Below, piece by piece: positions 42,297-53,242 of a DNA stretch of 64,000 nt. The position numbers and the translations under genes were made by a program. Within the stretch, counting starts at the first letter, position 1. Each line of letters opens with the position of its first letter. The notes beneath the pieces are model-generated. The model did no database searches. It was given only the letters and a program-made list of their open reading frames with translations, and had not been told where the DNA came from. This stretch comes from the human T2T-CHM13v2.0 reference genome, Homo sapiens: assembly GCF_009914755.1 (NCBI RefSeq), contig NC_060939.1; one strand, given 5' to 3'.

Positions 42297-42531
42297 GCAG
42301 GGCTAGCTTTGACTCTTACTGTTATTTGTATTACCAGTATTGCAATCATCAAGAAACCAAGAAAGAACTAAGAAACAGATCCCGTACCCCAGAGCAGATG
42401 GCACGAGGGGCTGGGTAGGGCAACCCCCTTCATAAAGTGGAGGTTGACATTCAGTTCCTTGCCACCATTTCAGTACAAAAGATACAGGAACAGTCCTTCT
42501 AACCTGTGGGCTTTTGTTCTGCTTGCTGTAG

Positions 42532-42615
42532 ATGGAGCAGGTGAGGAATGAGCTACTTCAGGAGAGAGCTGCGAGACAAGACTTGGAGTGCGACAAGATT
42601 TCCCTGGAGAGGCAG
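42532..42615 (+). CDS. CGNL1: CGNL1 coding exon (probably exon 15), 84 nt, phase 0-0, [28 protein letters not shown]
   Basis: Acceptor gcttgctgtag|ATG, donor CAG|gtgagg; read by hand. Confidence 0.94.
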
Positions 42616-43308
42616 GTGAGGGCAGCCAGCCTGTGAGCTGCCCCCCCGTCCATCCGCTAACCCTCCCCCACTTCACTGCTTTGAACTAGAAGCCCTTGGA
42701 GGTCCCTCCTTTACTTGGCATCCCAAGAACTCTGGGGGGTAACAGTCCTTTTCCAGAGTTGTTTTTCCCGGTCATATGAAATCTGCATGGAAGCTTGGCA
42801 GCTGAGGGAGGAGGAATTGCATGTGTTATTTTCTAGATCCTGAAGAGGGCTAAATTCTAATGTAAAGAGAATGAAAAAGAATCCACGTCATCAAACACAT
42901 GAGTGGCTCAGAAAGCTTCATCGGGTCATTATTTCTTTTTCATGATTTCTGTTCATGTTCTTCACTGCACAGGACTGGCAAAGGAGCCTATTTCTCCCGT
43001 CCCCCTGTAGGTTTATAGGGCAAGGCAAAGCCCGTTTGACATCCGGGAGTCTTAGGACATGGCAAAGGTTTCATTCAGGCTTATGAGGGAGTGTGATAGA
43101 ACTTCTTCTTCTGGCCTGCAGCTGAGTTCAAGGGTTTTCCTTGGAAACATCTCTGTGTTCCCCAGGTCTCCAGGCCACAGGCCCTGGTGCGGAAAGCAGC
43201 CTCATCGCATGCAGCGACCAAACACCAGGTTCTGCCCCATATTCTTCGCTGCTCTGCACAGAGCGTGGCAGACACATAGCCCCTCACAGTCTCCCTGTGT
43301 TGTTCCAG

Positions 43309-43433
43309 AACAAGGACTTAAAGAGCCGGATTATCCACCTGGAAGGTTCCTACAGGTCCAGCAAAGAGGGGCTGGTTGTGCAGATGGAGGCCAGGATCGC
43401 GGAGCTGGAGGACCGCCTGGAGAGTGAGGAGAG
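43309..43433 (+). CDS. CGNL1: CGNL1 coding exon (probably exon 16), 125 nt, phase 0-2, NKDLKSRIIHLEGSYRSSKEGLVVQMEARIAELEDRLESEE(R)
   Basis: Acceptor tgttccag|AAC, donor GAG AG|gtgagc. Confidence 0.95.
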
Positions 43434-44427
43434 GTGAGCCGGGCCCACCCACTGCAGTGCAGAGGCCCCAGTGGGCAGTGACAGTCCCATCGCAATGTGT
43501 TGTCACATTTGGGATCTGTCCTGATCCTCGTAGCCTGTGAGGAAGGCAGAGCAACTACACCCTTACTTTTATTATTTCCATTTTATAGGTGGGAAAACAG
43601 AGACCCATCAAAATAAGTGACTTGAGTAAGGTAGCCTGGCTGGATACTGGTGTAGCTGGGTAAAAGTTTAGGACCCCCACTTCTCAGTCTATGGTGGTGC
43701 CACTGTACTTGCTGTCCCTTTTCCCGTTCTCTAAATAGGACAGGCTGCCTTGGAAGCTACAGAGTTTGAGCCACGTTAGAGGCCAGAAGGCTGACTCTGC
43801 CCTGGCGGCCAGGTGTATTTAAGCAGAGGCTGACTAGCCACCAGTCAGAGATGGGGCAGGTCCTCCCGCAGTGTGTGGGAGGGACATGGGATCAAGTGAG
43901 CACACTCCTTTCCAGCAACTCAGTTCTCTGCAGCTAACTCTCTAATGGCAGCCCGAGGGCCAGCACCAGGTTCAACTTGAGCAGCCTTCCAGCCGTCGTT
44001 CTGACTCACAGCCCCTCACCTTCCTAGAAGGAGCGTGGTGTGCCGGCATTTGACACTTTACATTATCTATTGTGTTAGTTGGACTTTTGGGGAGTCAGGC
44101 CAGAACAGCCTGGAGTAGACCCAAGACATCTGCAGTTTGTGACTTCTTGCCTTACAAAGTAAAGCTCAGAAACTCCGGGCAGGTCGAGCCATGGCTCAGC
44201 CCCTTGCTGGCTCTGAAGCCTTGGGCCAGTCACTCCCCTTCTCAGAGCCCCATTTCCTCACGTCTCTCACAAGCAGCTTTTTCTCCTGTGAAGTTGTGTT
44301 TCCCTGACCCTAAGCCTTGAGCTGACCAGGCACCCCTGGCTGGAGCTTCCCCTCCTCCACAGCCTAGGCTGGGCCCCCTGCAGGGATGGGAGTGAGAGGG
44401 TTCTTGGTTCTGTCTCCCCTCTTCCAG

Positions 44428-44536
44428 GGATCGGGCCAATCTTCAGCTCAGCAACCGGCGGCTGGAGCGGAAAGTGAAGGAGCTGGTGATGCAGGTGGAT
44501 GATGAGCACCTGTCATTGACTGATCAGAAGGACCAG
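44428..44536 (+). CDS. CGNL1: CGNL1 coding exon (probably exon 17), 109 nt, phase 2-0, (R)DRANLQLSNRRLERKVKELVMQVDDEHLSLTDQKDQ
   Basis: Acceptor cctcttccag|G GAT, donor CAG|gtgggg; phase matches the previous exon. Confidence 0.95.
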
Positions 44537-44911
44537 GTGGGGAGCCTCTGCGTGCATTTGCTCTTAGATGAGATTGCGTGTCTCAGGCTGAGGGAGCAAG
44601 GGAGGCAAGGCCTCCCTGAGCAGGAGTGGAGTGTGAGTGGGCTGATTCCTCCCTTTCCACGCACCCAGTCACATCATCAAATGGGGGCTTCTTGCCTACG
44701 TAATTAGGGGATATCAGCAAATTCTACACCCTGAGTTTGGCTTTAAAGAGTCACCCTGTCTTAGTGCCTGCTCTCCATGTTTCCCAAGAGACTGGCTGCC
44801 CCATTGCCCATGTCTTGGTTGCCTGGGGAGATGGTGGCTGGACCTGGGGTAAGCTGAGCGCTGGGGCTGGGCCATCAGCCGGCACTCAGCCCACACTCTC
44901 TCCCGGTGCAG

Positions 44912-45075
44912 CTGAGCTTGCGTTTGAAAGCCATGAAGCGGCAGGTGGAGGAGGCTGAGGAGGAAATCGACAGACTGGAAAGTTCTAAAAAGAAGCTGCA
45001 GAGGGAGCTGGAGGAGCAGATGGACATGAATGAGCATCTGCAGGGGCAGCTCAACTCCATGAAGAAGGACTTAAG
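44912..45075 (+). CDS. CGNL1: CGNL1 coding exon (probably exon 18), 164 nt, phase 0-2, [18 protein letters not shown]...SMKKDL(R)
   Basis: Acceptor cccggtgcag|CTG, donor TTA AG|gtgggc; myosin-tail-like [10 protein letters not shown] and KLQRELEE motifs. Confidence 0.95.
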
Positions 45076-45749
45076 GTGGGCAGGTGTGGAGGCCACAGAG
45101 GGCCGGGTAATCTCCCCACAGTTGAGACAGGCTCTGCTTTCAGAGCATTCACACTCCTGTTGTCTCAAGCCAGCTCCTCATTGTTGCTTTTGGGGTTATC
45201 GTATCTTAGAGATGAAGGTGGCTGTGTCCACTTTAGTCACCTTACATGGGCAGTAGGGTCTCATGCATGTCATTCTTATACCAATGCCCCAATGCCAGCT
45301 GAGCTGGGTAGATATCATCCCTGTTGATCATAAGGGGAAACAGAGGCTTAGGGCAGATAAGACTAGCTCACACCATCATGGAGGGGCAGTTCCTGGGCCA
45401 TCCTGGGCTTTTTTCTGACTTAGGGAGAAATAAGGTGAAGTTCTGGTTTGTATCCTCAAGAGGACTAGGATTCCCCAAGCCTGGTTTCCAGGAGAGAGCA
45501 GCTCTCTGAAGCTGTCTGCCGTGGTCCTAAGGATGGGGACGTGGAATGCAGGGTTGGGGACTTTGTGGGTTGCTTTTTCTGCTCTAGGGTCTCTCCCCGG
45601 GGTATGAGGTAAGGTTCATGAGATTAGGTTCATGGTAATCCATAGAGCTGAGCCTTTCTTGGAGGCTGGCTGTGACGTGGGGCTCTGTGCTGGCTGCCCG
45701 GGTAGTTCTCATCAATGGACAGAAGGCTCCAGCCCATTGAGAGTCCTGT

Positions 45750-45930
45750 AAAACAGGGCCTATCAGGTCACTGGCCCCAAGGTTGGCATTAGGGTGCAGC
45801 ATTTAAGAGGGCACCAAAAATCTCAATAATTAAGATAGATAACATTTTAATGCAATATTTAAAAGATAATGCATGCAATCCATGGTGAACAAGATACCAA
45901 AATTTTAAATTAAGACAAGATCAATAATAA
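45750..45930. mobile_element. Probable hAT (Tip100-like) DNA transposon fragment
   Basis: AT-rich island (ggcaccaaaaatctcaataattaagatagataacattttaatgcaatattt) in a GC-rich intron; family not certain. Confidence 0.45.
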
Positions 45931-46190
45931 CAGCCTGGGGAAATCAACAATACTGATCCTATCCCAGCCTGGCCCACCCCACCAGCACAGGCTTTCCGTG
46001 CTGAAATGGGGGCGGTGGACTCCCTGTGGCTGAAGGGGCCATCAGGTGGAGACCTGTTACATTCATGTGTTTCTTTTCTGTGCCACTCAGTGGGGTGCAG
46101 GGACAGCAACCCAAAACCCTCCCTTTAAGTCCAAATTAGCTATGGGCCCCGGCCCAGGGCCAGGAAACATGCCCCTTGTCATTTCAGCAG

Positions 46191-46326
46191 ACTGAAGAAG
46201 CTGCCGAGTAAAGTGCTGGATGACATGGATGACGACGATGACCTCAGCACGGATGGGGGAAGCCTCTATGAGGCGCCTGTGAGCTACACATTCTCCAAGG
46301 ACAGCACCGTCGCCAGCCAGATCTGA
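46191..46326 (+). CDS. CGNL1: CGNL1 last coding exon (probably exon 19), (R)LKKLPSKVLDDMDDDDDLSTDGGSLYEAPVSYTFSKDSTVASQI*
   Basis: Acceptor atttcagcag|A CTG (tandem CAGCAG); TGA at 46324-46326. Confidence 0.94.
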
Positions 46327-46840
46327 GTGCTCTCCCGGGCTGTGGAAGTACCTGTCATTCCTGCAGGAGCTGCAGCCACCCAAAGTGGGAGGCAGGGAGG
46401 GGAGCATCTGTCTGCCACTGAGACCTATCACAGCCTCTTTGCACAGCATGCCAGCTCCTCAGTGTTACGTTCCTCGCCAGGGTCTCTCAGTGGGTCTTCG
46501 ACAGAGAGCTTTTGCAGTTTAAAATGTTGGGATGCCTGAGGACCAGGAGCCACCACCCACTGGGGTGTTGTGAGAGATACACTTTGGTAGGCTGAGGCCC
46601 CTGTTCCACAGCCACTATTTGCATTGCTGTCCCTGCCCCCTCATCACTCCCCCTGCCAAGACAAAGGGTCCAGAAGGCTAGGACTTACTTAATAGCACTG
46701 TGCAGGGAGGAAACCATGTATAGCTTGTACATATTTTAAACCAGACCTTCTCACGAACTGCTGCCGTTGGGTTTGGAATGTGATGGAGGCTTGGTAGGGT
46801 GGCTGGTTTGTAAAGTTCATGCATCTATATTGAGTATTCT

Positions 46841-47154
<314 letters not shown>

Positions 47155-48429
47155 TAAAATATGAAGCTATTAGATTTTAAGTGTTGAGGAGCAGAGGTGA
47201 GAAGAGAGAGAGAGAGAGAAAGTCAAATAAAGTCAAAGACCAGTTTGGAAACCAAAGTTGGAAAAGAAGAATTGTAGTGGTCATGGACAGCTAAGACTGA
47301 GCATAGCAGTTCACATGGTCTGGGTAAACAAGTCACTGGCACAGGGGAAAGCCAGAAGGTTGCTTGTGTCTGTGACTGCAGCTATGGCCTTGTTTGCTTA
47401 GTTTATCTAGAATTCTGTTATAATTTCTGAACTGTTCTGAGACCTGTTCCCAGTCACTGATTGCAATTTCTTTTACACAGGTTGGGTAGGGAGAGTTGTA
47501 GGTAAGGCCTTAAACAAATGAGGCCGTTTCTGGAAGGATAGGGCTGTGTGGTCATGTCCCACAGCAAGCTTTTGGGATCGGGGGAATAAGAGGGTATGGG
47601 GGAAAGGTTCATAGACTTAGGTGTGAGAATGAGGTGGGAGGTGTCTGGTAAGGTCATGGGGGAAGGGAGATGAGAGAGGAGATAGGCAGATGTGGGTATG
47701 GGGCCCAGTGTGAGAAGGAAGACAGAGAAGTTCTTGAAAGCTGGGGGATGTGTGGGCAAGAGGTGGATTGAGCAGGATCTCAGGGTTATGTCGAGGAAGG
47801 GAAGAAAGAAACAGAAGTCAGGCAGAGGCGTGTCTGTGCAAACTGGAGGACTCCTTCCAACTTCCTGGAACAAAGCGACATCGCCAGCAGCAGGCTGGCA
47901 GGGAGTGGTTGAGGTCTGGGGGCCAGGCCACATGGCTGGAGAGGAATTTCAGGGAGCATAGCATCGGGAGGATGCTACATATCCAGGGACTCCCTCCTGG
48001 CCTTCCTGTGTCACTTCACAATGTGACAGTCCCCAGGCATGCCCACAGGCCAGGCCCAGTCACAGCTGGGCTTCCACAGGTCAGAATATGGGACAGGACA
48101 TGGTCAGGGAGAGGACCCTGTGAGTTGGTGACATATATGTGGCAGAGATGGTAGTGTTCAGCTGCTTCAGCAGTGTCCCCAACCATCCCAATAGGGTGGG
48201 GGCCTGTGGGCCAGAGGACTCCATGACAGTTGCCATGGAGTCCCACCTGCGCCAGGTCAGAGCCCACCCGGCAGGTTTCAGAGTGGTCAGCCCAGTTTAA
48301 GGGTGGGAGTCTGGAGCCAGACAGCCAAGCCCCTTCCACATCTACAGGGTCACTGTCATCCTCACCACAGCCAGGGGTGATTCTCACCTCTGCCTGCTTA
48401 TGTGGGGTGTGGCCGATTCCTCCCTTTAG

Positions 48430-48570
48430 TCATTCATTCATTTAGCAAATATTTATTGGGCATCGGTGATGTGTCAGGCACAGTCCTTGGCACACAGAAT
48501 ACAGCAGTGAATTAAACAGGCAAAAATTCCTCCCCTCCTGGAGCTCAGTGTCAGGAAAGGGGGTGATAAA
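48430..48570 (-). mobile_element. L2 3' end fragment in the 3'UTR
   Basis: cattcattcatttagcaaatatttattgggca...tgtgtcaggcac is the reverse complement of the L2 terminus. Confidence 0.75.
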
Positions 48571-49530
48571 TGACAATCAAATCGACATGGAGGTTGAGCA
48601 CCTCTGTACTCAGCCCTCTGTCTGTCCTTCTGAGGACGCAACAAGCCTGGTTCCCTAGAGCTCACTTTGACCCTCAATATGTTCATAATTTCCCTGCTGC
48701 TTCTCCCATCGTTAGACATCTGCCAGTAAGCCTGCTGAGAGAAGCCTCAGCCCACTCATACCTAGAGACGCTGCTGGGGAAGGTCAGCACACCCAAGAAC
48801 TTTGGGAGTGTGTGTCTGTTTTGGTTTGTGAGAAAGTAGCTGCCCCTCATTCTGGCCAGTTCTTTCCAGTAGCCATGGGGCTGGCTACAAGAAGCAAAAC
48901 TGCCCATGCAAGGAGAACACAGGTCACTTTTCAAAACACTTGCATCATTACCCCAAAAATAGGCTGTTATGCGTTTTGACAATTGCGCTATCCTACACTC
49001 TGAGGGAGTTGGCAACGCATGCGGTATAGTGGAGTGGGAAGAGTTGAGACTGAAAGTTAAGAGAAGGGTTTTCAAGTCCCAGCTCATCTCACCCCAGTGA
49101 CCTTGACAGTGTGCTCACTCTCAGAGCCATGGATTACCTGGAACAAAGTGCAGATTAGGGCCCACGGTCCTTTCCAGGTAGAACATGCTATCGTTCTTTA
49201 ATTTTATTATATATACATACTTTTCTTCTGTTTTTTGCTTTAAGAACTAACCCCGATCAAGAGTATTTTCTTTAGCTAGCTTAAAAAGAAAACATATATT
49301 TTATGTAAAAACACATACATGGCCAAATGCAATACTGAAGAGACAATCATCCTGTATCTTTTATGGTTTTTCCTGCTTCTGAGTGTCGTTCTACAATGCC
49401 CGTTGACTTATTCCATTGCGTCTCTGCTTTAGGGTATGGTTTGGTCGCTTTGGTTGTCATGAGAAAGAGACATTCTCCTTGCAGCTACCTCCATGTGAGT
49501 GAATTCCTGGATAAAGCAAGATTTCCTTTC

Positions 49531-49536
49531 AATAAA
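49531..49536 (+). terminator. Polyadenylation signal AATAAA (probable main CGNL1 signal)
   Basis: ttcctttcAATAAAcgct, followed ~35 nt later by tgtgattgtgacttctttgtttt. Confidence 0.75.
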
Positions 49537-52500
49537 CGCTGTCACCCAATGGGAATTTTGACTCTCCTGTGATTGTGACTTCTTTGTTTTCTCCAGAGCT
49601 TGGCTCTGTGTCCTTTAAGAAACTGCCAAGGTGAGTGGCTGGGAGCTACTGAGGGAAGTGGAACTTGGAGGCCTTCCAGCCCTGGGACCGGTTTCTGAAA
49701 CAGAAGGGTGGGGACTGGTCAGTGGTGAATGCTGAGGGAATTAATGGCTCTGGATTCTTGTGATGTTCTGAGAAATCCAAACTGCCCGTTCCAGAACATG
49801 GCAAAAGAGGAAGCATGTTCAATGTTAATTACAGAATAAGCAGGAGCCCCCTGTTTACCCCTTTTCCTAAATTCGAGGTCTTCTGCAATCCTAGTTGGCC
49901 CATAATCTCTCTTGATCTCACACCAGGCCCATAGCAGGCACCACAGTCTCTATTTTACAGAAACCAAAGCAGCTTCCTCATGGAAGGGGACCAATGATGA
50001 TCATTGTCCTCAGATCTGTCTATTCTTTGCCCTGTCCCCTGGAGGCTGACCCATACAGGCCATGGGTTCCCTGATGGCCACTCTGGTTGGGTTCAGCCAG
50101 TGGGAGCAGGTGGAATTCTGGATGTGTCTGCATCACTCCCTGCTCTGTGTGGCACTTTCAAGTGGGCTCCCCTGGGACTTGGGTGATCTCTCCTTCAGCC
50201 TCCAGTTCTAAGGGCGGGTCATGGCTTTCTCTTGCTGTTCCTCTCTGGGTCCCTGCCTTGGTGGGTTCCTGCCACACTGCCCACCCACCAGAGCAGCCCT
50301 TCATTGAGCTGCCGCAGTTCACTGCTGTGTCCTGTCCAGAGCTCTGTCCACAACCGCCTCTGCCTCCAGGTCAATGTGGATGACCTATCCCTCCAGCTCT
50401 CTAGCAGCACTGATTCTCCTGGTTCTAATTGGAAGGGGTAACCTAATGTAAATGAGATCTTTTAATTTTAGTAAATGCAAAGCCTTTGTATAGATTGTTT
50501 CCTTTTTTTTTTTTTAAAGTCATGTATGTTGAGGTACATAATTTTCTAATTTGTAGTAAAAGTCACCCTTTTTAGCATTATTTGCTTTTGTATTTAGGCC
50601 TCTTTATTTGGCCCCTCAGCTGAAGTCCTCTTGGTGGAAATGAGATTCTGAGCGGATACCTTTCCCTCACGCCCTCAGGAAGAATGTGACTCAGGAGGCC
50701 CAGAGCCAAAGGAAAAACGTCCCCCAGGCCGGCAGTTCATTTCCTTCACATTCTCAGCATTCCTCCTCTGAGCTTGTGGATAGTTACGGGGAGCCTGTCT
50801 TTGTTGGAAGACTGTCATTAGCCGGAAATGTTTCTGTTCTAAATCTTCAAATGATTGGGGAGAAATGACTTGACAGGTTCCTCTCAGGGGTGTAACAGCC
50901 CCAAATTCAGACGTTCTAGGCTTTGCAGAGGGATCCACATGCCTTGGTCCTGCCCTCAGACCTGCCGAATACACAGGGCTAAAGATTGTCACTGACTTTC
51001 ACAGGCATGACCAAGGCCCAGCCCATCTCCGTCAATAAAGAAAGGCTGGAGTGTGTGCCCCTCACTGGTTATGAAAGCTAAGAGAAGTGCAAGTCGGAGA
51101 GACATTCAACAGTAAGTTGAAGGTAGTGTCGGGGGAAGGTTGCAAGGTTCCCACTGCGCAGGATCTTACTTGGTCTCACAACAGTTGTCAACAACTCCCA
51201 GGGGATGGGAAATGTGATTCCAGAGGTTTGCAGGGTAAATGCAATTAAACAATTTTTGAAGAAAGGTGGAAACTGGTTTTTTGGGAGGTAAGGAAGCTAA
51301 GTCTCAGGGAAGTTGGGCATTTTGCCATCAGCCGCACATAGAGTAAGTAGCCAGCCCACAATTAGCACCTGCCAGTGTGGGACAGGAACCGCCGGTGAAC
51401 AAGGTTTAGGCCACGGTCTAGGACCTTTAGGTGCTTACAGTAGGGCTACAAAATCGTTATGAAACTAAGTGGAAATGACCTGTCAATATTAAGTCCTTCA
51501 TATATTTATGTGATGCCAAACGTGTCTGTTTTTCCTTGTGCTTTGCTAGCTCTCTATCTGCAGTCCATACCCACTGTTTTCCCTGAGACCATATATAATT
51601 CCACAGCTAATGTGTTGCACTCACTTGCTAGGTAGCAGGCATTGCCTAAGCCCTTTATGCCTATTGGCTCACTTGATCCTCACGATCATCCCCTGAGTAG
51701 GTCCTGTTGTGACAAGTGAGGCAACCCAGGCAGAGGTTACTAACCTAACCAAGGGCATGTGGTAGGATGTGGGGGAACTGGAATTGGATTCTGGGTCTGG
51801 CTCTGGAGTTCACACTCTGCTGCCTCTCACCCAGCCTTACACGTCCTAGAGGACATAGGTCTTTAATTTGGTCCCTGTATTAGGGGCTCCTACGGACTCC
51901 CAGTCATCCAGATCTCCCCTTCAATGGCCGGTTTCCATGCAACTCGACAGCCTGCTGCCTGCCTCCATCCTGAGCACAGCAGTCAGAGGCAGGTGGAGAT
52001 GAAGTGAGCCATGGAAGCCACGGGTCTCATGGACGTGGCTGGCCAGGAAATCTTAGCTGTTCCTCTAGCCTGGCTGCTTTGGTGCCACTTACTGCTGTGA
52101 TCTTTGGATCTCTCATTTTATCCTGAGTGCTCCCTTGCTGCCAGGCCACCCTGATTTCTCTGAGTCTGAGCTGCGTGGGGTGGCTGCTCTGCTTGGTCAT
52201 TGGGCCTCCCCACTCTCTCACTGTATGGAAAGTGGTTTTGGGGCAACATCAGCAAGTCTTCGAGTTTGGGTGGTTTTCAGGGAACATTTATCTTCCCAAC
52301 CCCCAGACTGCTTTGTGACGAAAGTCTCCTGTCGCTGTACCATAATAATAATAATCGTCGTGTGGTGCACATTACGTGTTAGTCTCACATGCAAAACTGC
52401 ACTTGCAACCTGAAATCAGCAGACTGTCCCCAACAGAACACTGTCGACTGAAGTCCTAATCAGACCTCTAGCCCGAGTACTGGGTGTTGGGCTGGAGGCT

Positions 52501-53181
52501 GGAAACCTGGGCTTCGCAGCAGTGAGCTGTCTTCCTGGAGGTGGCAGCATAGTCTCTGCCAAGCCAGGGGAGTGGTCCCAGTGGGAATGGGCTCTGCCTC
52601 CCTGTGAGTGGGCAGGAGGCTGACCTGTGTCCAGACAGGGAGAAACCTTGTGGGTTACAGCAAGCTTTGGGACTTACGGGCATGTGCAGAGCTCATCTGG
52701 AAGGAGGCAGACGCCTGGGCCCCCAGCCTTTCCCATGAGTAGCAGGGCTACAGCTGTGGAAGTAGGACCAGCCTTTTGGCGCAGTGTGTGGTGGGCTGGA
52801 GGTGGGAAGGGTTGTGTGTGCAGGTGGTGGGTAGTGCCCCTGCCACACGTACAGATCCAGGGCATCTCCTCTGGACCCCTCCCAGGGACTGTAAAACTTT
52901 ACTATGGGAACAGACTCAGTAGTATTTTGGGGCAGCGGGAATGGTTCTTTACTAATGCCTAAGATCACTTAACAGGGCAGAAGCCATAATTGGGCAGACC
53001 TTATGGGCCAAGAATCTTTTGCACTTTATCTGATTTAATCTGCACCCTGTGAGGTAGGTGGCATTACCCGCTTTCACGTGTTAGGAAATGTGTGTAAAGA
53101 TCAGTAACTTGCCCAGGGTCACCCAACTAGTAGCTAAAGTGGCTAAAGTCCCAGGTCTGTCACTCTAACCACCCAGAGTGG

Positions 53182-53242
53182 CCTTACCCTGTACATTCTC
53201 ACCCTGTACATTCTCACCCTTACCCTGTACATTCTCACCCTG
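53182..53242. repeat. Minisatellite, 15-bp unit ACCCTGTACATTCTC x3
   Basis: Seen directly; appears as GENVQ repeats in the spurious ORF 53165-53560. Confidence 0.92.

Noticed and set aside
46324-46330. Stop-codon readthrough extending the tail
   Set aside because: The context is TGA GTGC, not the TGA CTAG readthrough motif.
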